64,000 nucleotides of DNA from Haplodiscus bocki (lineage: Eukaryota), in assembly GCA_965655095.1 (NCBI GenBank), contig OZ296659.1:6014001-6078000 (forward strand), given 5' to 3'. How positions within the stretch are numbered: position 1 is the stretch's first letter; each line of letters opens with the position of its first letter. Positions 50,410 through 63,759 of this stretch are shown in pieces. A program made the translations under genes and the position numbers. The notes beneath the pieces were generated by a model, which saw only the letters and a program-made list of their open reading frames with translations, searched no databases and was not told the origin of the DNA.

Positions 50410-50814
50410 GATTAACTTATCAAAATACAATTTTAAATTAGATACATAAAATTTCATTCTTCCAATTAAATAAAAAAAAATATAAGCATATTGAGTCACA
50501 TAAATTACAAGTTATATCCTGTATTTCATAACTGTGGTAGGTTATCAGTTTAGGTAATTGATTTAAGAAAAATTTATCAGGAGCTCCTCTGAAACTATCG
50601 TAGTAATAGGCTTTGTTATCTTTTATCATAAAACAAGTCCAATGAGTGCCTCCCATCTGTCCATTGTCTATATTTACGAAGCCTTTGTCTGTATTATTCT
50701 AGAATTTCTGGGGTGTATGCGATAATTTTATACTCTCTGTAAATCGCTTTCATTCATATTATCATTTCTCAAATTATAATTTTTCAAAAAATCTTTAAAA
50801 CTTAATATTTTCAT
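50410..50814 (-). pseudogene. Adenain/Ulp1-like cysteine protease (copy 1)
   Basis: VNIDNGQMGGTHW...YYDSF...EIQD...LCDSICLYF, giving the H/D/Q/C catalytic set. Confidence 0.9.
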
Positions 50815-50886
50815 TTAGAATATACAACATTTATACAATTATATCATTTATAACTCATACAATTATACGAGTCTTTATACTAGGGT

Positions 50887-53640
50887 TAGCTACCTTTATC
50901 AGTATAAAAAACATCATTGGTGTAAAATCCATTGATTGCTTATATAAAATTATTCATGATTCGTTTACTATCTGATAAAACCAAAGCGCCCAAGTGGAGA
51001 GGCATGGTGTTAATTTTTCCAACTTCACCTTCTAATCCGGCATCTTCTTTCATTTTTACGACATAATTTCTTTGATTATTTTTTTGATAATCCAAAACTC
51101 GTTCATCATTTTCTGTCATCATCGAATTTTCAGATTTACAATCATAACTGTCAGTGATATCTTTGCGTATCTGTTCTCCGTATAAACTATTCATATTTAA
51201 TTTAACTAACAATTGCATAGCATCATTATTTTCATCTTTATACTTTTGTCGTAATTCAAATAATTTATCAATTACTTTTTTGAAAGGAGACACTTTAAAG
51301 TTTTCTCGGTAAAATAACACTTTCAAAAATTTCAAATACTTTACCACCAATTTTAACAATCTCTTGTATTTCAACAGAAGTTAAAGTATCTAGATCATAA
51401 CCATTACGCATACGATTAATTTCACATTTTTTCTCCTTTTTTAACAGGAAGATTTCGAACGATTAGTTTTTTTGGCTTATAAAAGTTGATTTTCAAAAAT
51501 GCACTTCCTTGATGAGAAGTTTGATTATTAAATTTTTGAACCAGTTCATCATTCATATCTTTTGTTTGAGCATGCCCCGTCTTTATTCTTGGATAAACAC
51601 TCTTTTCATCTGACATTGCACTTGGATATAGACTATTAGAGTCAAAAACCCACAATGAATCGTTCTAATTTAATTGTTTTATTATTTGCTGAATTGGAAG
51701 TTCACCTAAATTTTTATTGATATATTCATTAATTTCATCTTCGTTTATTTTTCTTTAATCAACAATTTTTTTTGATATATTCGTTCATTTCATCTCCGTT
51801 TCTCTTTCTTTAACCAACAAATTTAATTTCGTATACTTCATTAATATTTTTTATATGATCTTTTTTTATATTTCATATAAGCCTAATTAAAATCATAAAC
51901 ACTTTCATCAACTTTTATTTCTCGTGATATGATTTTTGAAACATCACCACAAATTATTGATTTATAAGATTGACTGAAACTACAAACCCGTCCGCCTTTA
52001 ATACTTACTCTTACGAAATGTCTCATGTATTTGTCAATACATGTGTAAATTTGTTCGTCTTCTTCTGTTCTAAAACTAGTAAAATGTTTCCACCTTAATC
52101 CGGGTGCTGACAAATAATCTTTCATTGAATATCCAGTATTTTCTTCGATAGCTTCACAGTATCCGGCATAACTAAAAGCAGTACATAACGCATCTTTTTT
52201 AACATAATCCAACCTTCCATCTTTTTCAACTTTGTAATTATTACAATCTACTTCATCGTGATTCATTTCAGTTTTTAATGATTCTTTTTGTAATTCGAAA
52301 GTTCTTCCTAATTTTTTCAACGAATAGTTCAAATGCGTCATACCACATCTAAAATGAAGATATTGAGGAATTTGTTTATTTCCAATATAACCGTTGATTA
52401 CTTTAAGTTCGATTATACCCTTACCGTTTTTGATTATGTTAACAATTCTCTTATCACATGGTAGAATATAAAAAACTATGCAAGTATCGAAACCAGATCC
52501 ATTATGAGCTTGTAGTTGTCAATTCTTTTCAAGATTTTTACTTTTTTAAACTTTCTTTCTTCACGTTTCAACTTTAAACAGAAATCTAATGCATTGTTAA
52601 CACAACTATCTACATCAAACGCAATAGTATTATTTTATACTTTTCTCTTTCATATGGCGTTAAATCGCAGTTATATCTCCCAGCTAATTTCCTCAATCTA
52701 TTAAAACAAATTACATAAGGTCTTGCTCTATCAGTATTATGTGTTTCTAATTCATATGTGATATATTTAGTCAAATGTGATTCAAATTTTTAGAAGTGTA
52801 TATATATATTCAAAGTGAGAAATGAGGTTTTCTTCTGTTATGAAATTATCAACTATTTTAAAATTATCTTTTAATTCTTTGAAAGTTTGATTATAACTAA
52901 CCTTTTCAGATATCCATATTAAAGAAAAGCGATCATTGTGCAAAAACATAGCATTATTTCTACCTGTAGATGATCTAGGAAAAGCTCTTGTTCCACCAAA
53001 TATCCAAATAAATTGTATTTAGTCTACAAAATCGTTGAATTCTAGCTTTAGTCATATTATTTGATCATCTTTTTCCATTTCTGATAAAGTCTAGAATTTG
53101 TTGTTTGTAATCTTCGCCTGTTATGAAATTAAAACTTTTGATAAAACAAAATCCTTTCGTTGGTATAAAACAATTATTACCTCGATATTCATTAATTTTA
53201 TGCTTAAAATCACAACCGTTGCCATATTCACTTCTATTAACGAAGTTGAATTGTGGAGTGTTGATTTCATAAATATAACCATTGAAAATACAATCTACTG
53301 CATCATATCCTTCACCGATAGAATTGATACAAGCTTCATAATCAGTAAAATTTCTAAATGTAAGATGAGTCGGTCGAATTTGATCACCGACTCATAATTT
53401 TCCAACCATTTCAAATTAAACAGCATAAACCCCTAAAATTTTGTGTTTAATCTCATGTAAATTTTTATCAACAACTTGAATTTTATATAACTATTTCAAA
53501 GCATTTTGTAATTTATCAGGATTATCAGCATATTTAATTTTCACCAATTCATTTTCTAATTGCTTAAATATATCATTTTTTTAATTTTTTTTCTTCTCTG
53601 TTTTCATTTTATTTAATAATGATTTCATTGTATCATTCAT
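50887..53640 (-). pseudogene. polB: Protein-primed DNA polymerase B (copy 2, truncated at motif C)
   Basis: FDSNSLYPSAM and KLNMNSLYG. Ends at NDVFYTDKGS at the duplication junction. Confidence 0.92.
51718..51820. repeat. Imperfect 55-bp tandem duplication inside pPolB copy 2
   Basis: tgatatattc...caacaa occurs at 51718 and 51773, but only once in copy 1 (~41598). Confidence 0.7.
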
Positions 53641-55203
53641 TTTAATTTTTTCTTTCAATTCTTTTTTTTCTTTCTCGTGATAAAATTTTATTCTCGTTGT
53701 TCATTATTACCTTTATTTATAAAGTAAAAAATTTTTGGAATGATTTACATAAGATCTCAAATTTCTCTACCTTAACATCACAATATCATTTCTAATTCCA
53801 ATATAATGATTCAGAAATATGAAATCTTTAAAATTAATGAGTCGTTTTCATTTTTTTTTCATTTTTTATTTCATAATTTCTTTGTCAACTCTGTTTTCAA
53901 TCACAGTAAATAAGAAATAATAATAATTATAACTCATATTCCTAACTTAAGGTTTATTCTGTAGAAGTGTCATGAACAATATTACTTCATGGTAAATTTT
54001 ACAAATACCTCGAGCATTTTTAAAAAAATGATTTTCTTCAAATTTAAAATTTCTAAATTTCATCTCGTCATAATATTTACTAAATTTTTGTAGAATTTTA
54101 AATATGTTTTTCCTTTTAAAGTTTGTAATTTACTATTCATATCCTCTGATGAATTCTAAGTAGTATTAACCATGTTCGTCCAAGCTTCTCTAATCTTTTC
54201 AATAGCATATGGTAATCTAGTTGAAAAATAATGATCTTGTCTACGAAATTTTATTTCTATTTGATGCTTCTGCACATTAATAATATATATTCACAATTCT
54301 GGCAATAGTAACATTTATCAAATTCTAACCAAATATTTTATTTGCAGGAAGGACAGTTTGGTGGTTTAAATTTTGGTTGTTGTTTAAATGGTTCTTTACT
54401 TTTACGATAATTCTTAACTACTAACACATCATTATCATTCTTCATGACTTTTTGATTCTTCCTTAACTCTGTTTCATTTTGTACTTGATATTGAGTTCTC
54501 AGAGTTTTTGGTTCATCTCGGAGTCCTAATATAATATTTTCAGTTGGATGAATTCCGTAACGATGATCTTTTACTGCTACGTAATAATTACCATTAGGAT
54601 ATTTCATTCAGACAACTCAAAATACTCACCATCAAATCATAATAGTTTATTTTTTCATAAAATGGTCGATCGTAATAAGATATCCATTTCATTAATCTAA
54701 TACTATCATATCCAACTTTATATACACTTCTTGGTGTTCTTGATTAGTATTCTTGTTCAAAGTCAGCATTTTCATTCAAATCTTTTGTATTTTTCAATTA
54801 AGATATTGTTTTTTTTCACTTTTTTATTTTTTAATGTGGATAAAAGTTCAAATATTTTATCAAAATCATCACCTTCAAAATTTATGTATACATCTACGCA
54901 AATGCAAAATAATTTGTGTTCCGCATTTTTTAATCGATTCACAAAATTTATTTTTTTTCGTTGAGTTTTAGAGAGTTTGTTTTTTCTGTTGATTAAGTTA
55001 TATCCACAACCAAAACAAATCCATACATATTCAGAAAGAAGTAATATGTTTCGGGAGCAATGTCCGCAATGTTTAGAATATTTTTTAACAATTTGATCTT
55101 CAGTCAATTCCATTTAATATTTAATATACTATTGAATTAAATTTTATACTTTTATAACTGGAATATTTTCTCGTAAGGATAATTTTGATGGTAGTATTAT
55201 GTT

Positions 55204-55983
55204 TTAATTATATCTTTCAGGTAAATTATTTTTTCTATAGCTCGCTATACTATCATAAACAATTTCATTTATTGTATATAGCTTATAGCTATAGTTTGTG
55301 CTATCTCCTTTGCCGAAGACCCCTTTAATATCAGCTGTACGAACTAGTTGTCCTAAATTAAATTTTGGTTGTTTTCTAACTCTTCGATCTTGGAGAATTG
55401 AATGGACTTCTTTTTCATTAGATTGTTTTCTAGCTTGAACTGGAGTCATTTTTATTGAGCTGTGGATTGTATTGTTCAATTTCCCAATGAGAGATGGAAG
55501 TTCCGATAAGCAATCAGCATTTCCTTTTAAAGAGATTGGTTTCTCTAATATATTAATTACAAATTTAATGACTTTTTCGGCAATCGATGGTCCTCTGTCT
55601 TTGAATCTTGAATGATGGTGACTATTTTTACTTTCCAAGAAGTTCTGAAATACAGAATTATAAAATTATGGTCCTCGATCGCCTTCGATTTTTACTGGTG
55701 ATCGTTTTGATGTTGATAGAACTTTTGAAAACTCATTTGTTATTATCTGTGAGTTTTTTTTAATAGGTATGGCCCACAAATATTTTGAAAAATTGTCAAA
55801 TATATTGAAAATATACCTAAATCCTTCATTTTTTGAATTTTTGTAATCGATCATGTCAGACAAATCAATATTTCATATTTCATCAATTTGATTTTATATT
55901 ACTTTATTAGTTGGATAACTTCTCATTGGAGGTTTGCTATAAATTTCATCAATAGGAATCCTGATTTGGTCCCTCTTAATCAA
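55204..55983 (-). pseudogene. Polinton rve integrase (copy 2)
   Basis: ORFs 55666-55863 (DNFSKYLWAIP, IEGDRG) and 55204-55638. Confidence 0.9.
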
Positions 55984-55999
55984 TTAATATTAAAAACTA

Positions 56000-56642
56000 T
56001 TTAGTTTTCACTTCTTGACAAAGATATAGATAGTGATCAACCTTAGCCTTATTCGAGTTGTTTCCATTAGAAGACATAGGTCTAAGAATAATTCAATTGA
56101 AACATTTCTCCAATTCGTTTTCAGCTTACAAGTTGAATGTTGCTATTGGAAGACAATGATCGATTTGCCATACGGAACCATAATTATCAAAAGCCATCTT
56201 ACCATATAGTTGATAAAGTATCCATCTTTTGAAAAACGAATGAGAACAACCTATAAAATCAATTGTTTTATGTTTTCCTAACATTCTGAGATTTGAATGC
56301 TGATGATGATCTTGATCGTAAATTACAAGCTATTTTGAAGTTTAAATCTGATTCTTTCCTGTTTTTAACATATTCATTTGTCTTTTACCTAATATCACAA
56401 CGATAACTTTCAATTTTATCTAGATTTTCAAATCTATATTTTTCTTCGCCTATTAATCTCTAAATCATAATGTTCATTATAATACTTTTTCTATAAAGTT
56501 CTCAACAAAGTTAGCAATGTGGTGTTAACCCATCATACTTTTTTATATCTCTGAGAAAATTCCTTTTTATTGAAATAATTCCACATTGAGAACACTTTTT
56601 GAACAAATTATAACCAAATAAGTCTTTATTACATCTACTCAT
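56000..56642 (-). pseudogene. HNH endonuclease (copy 2)
   Basis: Near-identical to 45825-46467, including the stops. Confidence 0.72.
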
Positions 56643-58674
56643 TTAAATTGTAGACTATCTTTCAAATGATTTACATTACTTTCCGTCTTAAACCTTTCCG
56701 ATGCATGTCAGTTAAACTCAAAATTTCAGCACCTGTTAATGTTTCCATAAGGTTACTCGTTTTTTGTGCTGATTGAGGACCCATTGTTTTTGCAGCCACA
56801 GCGGCTGATATAAGCAGTGTTGCCATTTTTGAACCTGGTTTAATAAAACTAACCCAAGTTTTTCTTGTTCCTCTGAAAATTGATTTTAATTTACTCTTTA
56901 TTGATCCACCATCGAGCATATATTGATGTGGTGTAAAAGTGATTATCTTCTGACAATTTTATTTAGGATTAGGGCATTTATCATGTAGTTTCAAATTATC
57001 ACCTTTACTATTTAAATCACAAAATGTCAAATTTCACATAGATGAACAAGGATTTTTCTTGCATCTTTCTTTTTTAATAAAATCCTCTCCTTTACTCTTT
57101 TACTTAGTAAAAATTTGAGATTTGTTTCGTTCACACGTATTATATAAACCTTTTTAGTTTTAACAAGTTTTCTTGTTTTAGAATTAACTTTTTCATCCAC
57201 ATTTTGAGTAATTGATTCACTATAATGTCATCCACCAACACGCCAAGTCTTCGTCATATATTACTTGAAAATTTATGCACAGTAAGGAGGAGCACTCAGT
57301 TGATAATCAATATTTTTGTCTTTCTTGGTTTAAAAAAATTTATCTTTTACTTAAATTAATATCCACAATTTTTTGGTTAAAAAAATAATTAAGTTAAGTA
57401 ATTTGTTCTGGTAAAATAGAACCTATACTTATTACGTCACCAAAAATATCTTCGACTTTAAACTGAGTATTTTTCATAATTTCAGATCTTTTATCAAGGT
57501 AGTGATTATAATTCTTTTTTAATTCCTCGGCTTCTTTCCGATCAACTTTCTTATGGAAACCATGGAAGTTTTCAAAGTCTTTTAGTATAACAAAGTAAAT
57601 ACATTAACACAATCTCCTAAAGTTGTTTATCTCATCTTTAATTTTGAGATGCCTTCATTCGAGATTAACATAGCGATACTAGTTAACAAAGCAGTACTAG
57701 ATAGTTTAAAAATACCAACACTTGGATTAATAATTGATAATGTAGAACTAGTTATAGTACTTCCGGATCCGATTAGAATTTCAGTTATAATTAATAATAC
57801 TTTCTTTTTATTTAAACATTTATATCTCTTTTATAATATTCGTTATCTACTTTGAGAGATTTTAAAATATTTTCAAGATCGTGCTTCTCTGTTCTATATT
57901 TTGAATCTTTAATTTTTTCATCTTTAGTTTTTATATTTAACATTTCTGTTTCTTTATTCAATTTGGGATATGGACGCATTTATTAATTAGAAAATTGTTT
58001 TTCTAAAAGTTCCACCGCGACATGCTCTTTCAAAATTCTCTGTCTATGTGATTCTTCTAGAGCAAGATTCTTTATTATAATTATTTCATGATCAGTAAAA
58101 TTGGTTTGTTTTAATATATCTGGATCTGTTAGTGGTAATAGTAGAATTAAACTTCGTTCGTATCGTATATCTTCAAACTTTGTATCAGAATATTGTTCCA
58201 TTTACTTTTTCAAAACTGTTAACAATAAACATATCATTTTCCATTTAACTTATCGAAATTGTCAGCAATAAACGATTAATATCATTTTCCATTTACTCAT
58301 TCAAAATCTTTTCTAAAACAGATCCTTCTTCATTTTTATCATAACTACAATATTTTTCGTTTTTTTCTGATATTATATTTTTAAAATCTAAGCTTAGACG
58401 TTCAATATCGCTTTTCAGAAACCCATATTCTTGTAAAAAATCAACATCATTTTTAATGAAATACATTAGTAAATCTATTTTTCTATAATCAGGGATTGAT
58501 TTGAATAAATCTTCACAATAATTTATGTTACCCATTTAATATATAGATACTTACAAATTTTTTTATATATATATTTGAGTACTGTTCTTGGTTATATGAG
58601 TGCTTCAAGCGATTATATTTGTACTTATACTAAAGATATATTTACAAATATATGAGTTTTTTAATATGTGTTTT

Positions 58675-60282
58675 TAATATACAGAATGTGTGATCGCAAT
58701 AGTACTAAAGCACATATTGGCTTGAGCACTATCCATCTAATCATAAATTAATCTGATTCCATTATTTTCTAAATTAAAATTTCAACTAACAAGGGTCCAA
58801 CTTGTTGAAAGGTCACTATATCGATCATTTTTGGGAATAGTTTATCGAGTATTCCATGTGTTATTTTTGAGTAATAGTTGATTTCTAAAGCGACCCATTG
58901 ATTTCTACGAATCATTAGTTAAAATTGAAAATCTGTTATAATAGAATGTTATGTTATAAATTTGTACGACATCTGTATTTTTCGAAGCTGATAAAAACAT
59001 TGTTACCACGACTATTAGATGAAAGCTCTATATACATAAACTATCACCGATTAGTGGTAGACTAGTTGCTCCTGATTGACTAGTTGGGCTGCTTGATTTT
59101 GTTGCCCGTATGAACTTTGTTGTTTTACCATTATTATTATTATCATTACAAATTACTGTCCATCTAGGTAAGAGATAAGCGCCGTTGCCTGGTTTGATAA
59201 ATGCAGTATCTGTAATTTGTATTTGATGATGTTTAGTCAAATTATAAGTAGCTTTTCTGACACAGATTTTGAAAGAGTTTTCTAATGTTTGATTGAATGT
59301 TACTATTGTACCTTCTTCTATTGAATCATCAACAAATATTTTGTTCGCCAATTCGTTATCTGAAGTAGGATTTCTATTAACTGAAACACTATCTAAATTA
59401 GTTGATTGATTATCATCAAATTCATTATCTTGATCATTAAACACTGATGATACGTCACGTCTATTTCTACTGCTTTCATGTAAGCTATCAACATATGATT
59501 TGGTAGGTATATATATTATAGTCTTCGGTGATGTTGAAGTAGAATTAAAAGCTATAGGTTCTTGTTTATCTAGTTTAAATTTTTCATCAGGATCTAATCT
59601 CAACAATGATATTCATACACAATTTACAAAAAAGCTTGATCGACATAATGTTTTGGTGTAAGATGTTCTCGAACTGCTAGCATGCTGTTTACTTTAACAA
59701 ACCTAACGTTTTTGAGATTCTTATCATTGAAGTCAACAAGTGTGTTGTTTCTAATATTACTAGGATTGTTTAATTTTATATCAACATTTGAAGTTGTAGG
59801 TATTTTTTTATTGTATTTGGTAATGTTAAAGAAGATTTAAGAACTAGATAAATCTGTTCATTTAATTTTAACTTTTCATCAACATCTAATCTCAAAAATG
59901 ATGAATCATCTACACCTTCAGATATAGCTTTATTGACATAAATTTTTCGTGTTAAAATGTTCTTCAAGGTTGGGGAATGAGTTTATTTTGATCGAGTGAA
60001 CATTACCAAGACTTTTCTCATTAAAATCAACTTGAGTGGTGTTTTTTGTTACACTAGGATTGTTATATTTACTATCAACATAATTTTTTGGTGCTGCTTC
60101 TTTAGTACTAATAGGATCAATTAATTTGTGATTTTGTATTTATTTTTTCAATCAAAATCTTCCTCAATGTTACTTTCTAAATAAATAGTTCTCAGATAAG
60201 GTTTTTGTACAAATATACTTGTATCAATTTTATTACCATTATCATATGAGGAAGAACTGTTATCAAAAACATTTATCGGCCT
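58675..60282 (-). pseudogene. Fibre-like repeat protein (copy 2)
   Basis: ORFs 59028-59606 and 59776-59967, homologous to 48547-50154. Confidence 0.6.
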
Positions 60283-60544
60283 TTAAGTTTATAAAATTGA
60301 CTCAAATCGATGTTCTATTCAATGTTACTTTCAATATTATTTGATATGGTTTAAATATACTTATTGAAAAACGAAATATAATGTAGTCTTTATTATACTT
60401 GTATGAATAAGTTATCTTATTTATAAATATTATTTATCCATAGAGTATAATTATTCCTATTCGTATTATAACTATTATTATAACTGTACAAATACTTTCT
60501 TGTACCGAAAATAAGTTATTAGAAATTTTTCGTATACTATTACC

Positions 60545-60941
60545 TTATCAAAATACAATTTTAAATTAGCAACGTAATATTTCATTCTTTCAATTAAATA
60601 AAAATATATAAGCATATTGAGCCACATAAATTACAATTTATATCCTGTCTTTCATAATTGTGGTAGGTTATCGGTTTAGAAAATTGATTTAAGAAAAATT
60701 TATCAGGAGCTCCTCCGAAACTATCGTCGTAATAGGCTTTGTTATTTTTCATTATAAAACAAATCCAATGATTGCCTAGCATCTGTCCGTTGTCTATATT
60801 TACGAAGCCTTTGTCTGTTATTATTCTAGAATTTCTGGGGTATATATGATAATTTTATACTCTATGTAAATCACTTTCATTCATTGTATCATTTCTCCAA
60901 TTTTATTTTTTCATAAAATCTTTAAAATTTAATTTTTTCAT
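60545..60941 (-). pseudogene. Adenain-like cysteine protease (copy 2)
   Basis: GNHWICF...DSFGG...RQD...LCGSICLY. Confidence 0.9.
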
Positions 60942-60954
60942 TTATAATTTAAAA

Positions 60955-61475
60955 GATTTATACAATTATATCATTTATAACTCATACATTTATACGAGTT
61001 TTTATACCAGGGTATACATACAATTATTTGAGTAGTTGTACATATATTCTCATTTTGTGTTACATGCAATTATACGAGAATATATACTAGCGTATACATA
61101 CAATTATTTGAGTAGATATTTTAATTATTATTTGAATAGGATTGAATATAAGATATGGATACAAACAATTAGATGAGTATTTATACTAAGATATACATAC
61201 AATTATTTGGTTAGTTGTACATTAATTCTCATTTTGTTTTACATACAATTATATGAGTGTTTATGTTAGGGTGTACATACAATTAAATGTGTAGGTATTA
61301 TAAATAATAATTGAATAGGAGTGAATATAAGATATGGATACATACAATTATGAGTGTTATACAATAGCATACCTTTAATTAAAAGAGTGTTCATTCATAA
61401 TTATAATTAATTTTTTTCTTTCATACAATTATATTTGTAATTATCCAAGGGTATACGTACAATTATAGGAGTTTT
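60955..61475. repeat. Degenerate array of ~11 CATACAATTA motifs, including a ~180-bp tandem dimer (61011-61190 / 61191-61365)
   Basis: Motif copies near 60960, 61017, 61062, 61097, 61162, 61196, 61242, 61276, 61341, 61422 and 61456. Confidence 0.85.
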
Positions 61476-61496
61476 TAATTATACTTTATCAATTAT

Positions 61497-62782
61497 TTAT
61501 ATAACTTTAATTTCTATAAATTTATTTTCGTCTGATATCATTTCAATTTGTCTATGTCTGATTAATATGACGAAGATTCTAGCAATAACATTAACTGGAT
61601 CGTTATAAAATTCTTCAAACAGTTGAATTTTCTTGGGAGATACAAGATCTACTTGATGTCTGAGATCAATTACTCGGAAATAACAATTGTTTTTCATACC
61701 AATATAACTTATAAATGGATTCATTAGGGATGCACCTACATATTCTCTATAAAATAATTTAAGATCTCTATATTGATCTAGATAATCGTTTTCAGGAAAA
61801 TTTGTGAGAACAGCATCTTTCGGATATCTATAACCATCTATTTCACAAAAGTAATTTCATACATTGATATTATCGAAAATTGCTATTTTATTTGTTTTGT
61901 TCGGTGTAGCTATTCTATCAGCTGTTTGAAAAGCGCCAATTAAATATTTGGGACTATTAACATATTGGGCACTACCAATCTCGACTTGAAGTTCAGTACC
62001 ATCAGTTGATAGTTTACGTTTTGTATACCAAGAATGATATGTGATTGTATAATAATTTTTAATAGATTCATTAAACATTCCTTGAGTATTGCTGTCAGGA
62101 ATTGATACGGGTCCGTAGAGATAAAAACTATTAAATGTTACATCGATATGTTTAGCCAATGATGTGAATATAATATTTTGAAGGTCAGCTGTTTTGAAAA
62201 CTAAATGAAATCCCAGATTTTTAGTAATCTTCTTAAAAGTTTTAAAAAACCCGAATAAATGTTCTAATTGTAATTGCCCTTTAACTTTTCCTCTTTTAAC
62301 TGCTACAATTTGACTATTAGTTACCCTATCGTTGAGTGAACTATTATTCATTGATGTATTTTCATCCGTATCAATATTTTTACCGAAGTAAGATGATAAA
62401 TCACCATCTTTACTCGTTAAAGCTCTCATAACAGTTGATACTTGCCTCGAAAATTTATTGTGTTCATATTCCATACCTCCAGTTGTTGGTATGACTGGAG
62501 CGGTGGCTCCGGTAAAACAGAAAGCAAAACCATTATTAACCAAACGTATTTCAGCGTTATTGTTAAAACCAACAGTTGGATCTCGTACTGCGATATCAAG
62601 GGCAATATATGAACAACCAATTTGATGATAATTGTTATTTTTACCAAAAATGAATTCGATATTGTGATTTGGATCATTTAATTGTGCTCCTTGTTGGTGG
62701 TACTTTTTGAAAAAAAATCTCTTTTAAAGATACTATTATCAATTGGTTCATTATCTAATAATTGACAATCCTTTAATCTCAT
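61497..62782 (-). pseudogene. Polinton major capsid protein, element 2
   Basis: ATG at 62782 (MRLKDCQLLDNEPIDNSI), then IRLVNNGFAFCF, LEHLFGFFKTFKKITKNLGFHLVFKT, EIDGYRYP. Frameshifted. Confidence 0.88.
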
Positions 62783-62799
62783 TTATATATTAGGAAAAA

Positions 62800-62955
62800 C
62801 TATTTATATTGAACAAAGCCGTTTCCTGATAAAAGTTTCTGTTTGAAAGATTGTAAATTTGGAGGTAAATTTGTTGTAGTTTTATTTATTTCGTGTTTAA
62901 TTTTAGGTTTGTGTTTATTAGAATGTAATCTCGATTTTAATAATGCTCTTGGCAT
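62800..62955 (-). CDS. Intact 51-aa basic protein with a C-terminal adenain-type site (core protein candidate)
   Basis: My translation: MPRALLKSRLHSNKHKPKIKHEINKTTTNLPPNLQSFKQKLLSGNGFVQYK*. Fits tightly between penton and MCP. Confidence 0.6.
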   Translation of the reverse strand: MPRALLKSRLHSNKHKPKIKHEINKTTTNLPPNLQSFKQKLLSGNGFVQYK

Positions 62956-62969
62956 TTAAAATGTTAAAA

Positions 62970-63700
62970 TTTAAATTTCCTTGACTGATAATCTAAAAGA
63001 GATGCTTTCACCGTTTAGAGATACCAATTCGTTATTTTCATTTTTTAATTTAAAAGAAATACTTGACTCAACATCTTTAGTTTCCATCATATACCAAGTA
63101 ATACCTCCTGCAAAGGATTCAACACTTTTGTAACCCGGACTGACTGTCATAGTCCAATTATGAGTTTTTTGCTTCGTTTTTGTTTAAAAATCATTCCTTT
63201 AGCAATATCACATTCGAGAAAATTTTTATCAAATGATAAAATATCAACAGGACTAGGTGATAGATTATATTCTTTGTATAATATAGTGTCATGAAATCCC
63301 GGAAGATTTCTAATACTATCATCAAACATAAAACTGATTATCGGTCCTGGTGGTGATTTTTCTATAATAGATCCTAAAGTTGAAAATTTTGGTTTGATTA
63401 GAAATGGATAATTCGCTTCAGTGAAGGGTTCTTCATCAATAGTAATCCTCCTAATTTCCTTATTCAAACTTTCAATTTTATAAGCTCCTTGTGGTATAGT
63501 AATTTGAATAAAAACATCTTCGTCAGTATTTGTTTTCTTGGAATAAAACTTATTATTTGAACTTGTAACCTTGAAAAAACGGTTATAACAACTTAGATAA
63601 GTCACTGCGATTTTAAATTCCCTATTATTAAATCGTAATGGTGAAGATAGATGCTCTTCATGAGTTGATTTATCGATAACAATCAACATAAGCTCTTCAA
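62970..63700 (-). pseudogene. Minor capsid (penton) protein, element 2
   Basis: NNKFY...ITIPQGAYKIESLN...PVDILSFDKNFLECDIAKG. After a frameshift: VSPGYK...ISFKLKNENNELVSLNGESISFRLSVKEI*. Confidence 0.82.
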
Positions 63701-63759
63701 TTTTAGGTCTCGCGTTGTAAGCTATTTGTTCTATTTTTTTACGAGGAAGCTCCCTTTAT

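Larger units (their letters stand above)
40766..61013. repeat. ~10.1-kb tandem duplication (40766-50886 / 50887-61013)
   Basis: ORF pairs 41707/51883, 46496/56671, 47809/57983, 48119/58293. The junction at ~50887 joins the region upstream of the protease to pPolB motif C. Confidence 0.96.

Noticed and set aside
60955-61475. CRISPR-like array
   Set aside because: The repeats are short and degenerate, the spacers are themselves duplicated, there are no cas genes, and the context is eukaryotic.
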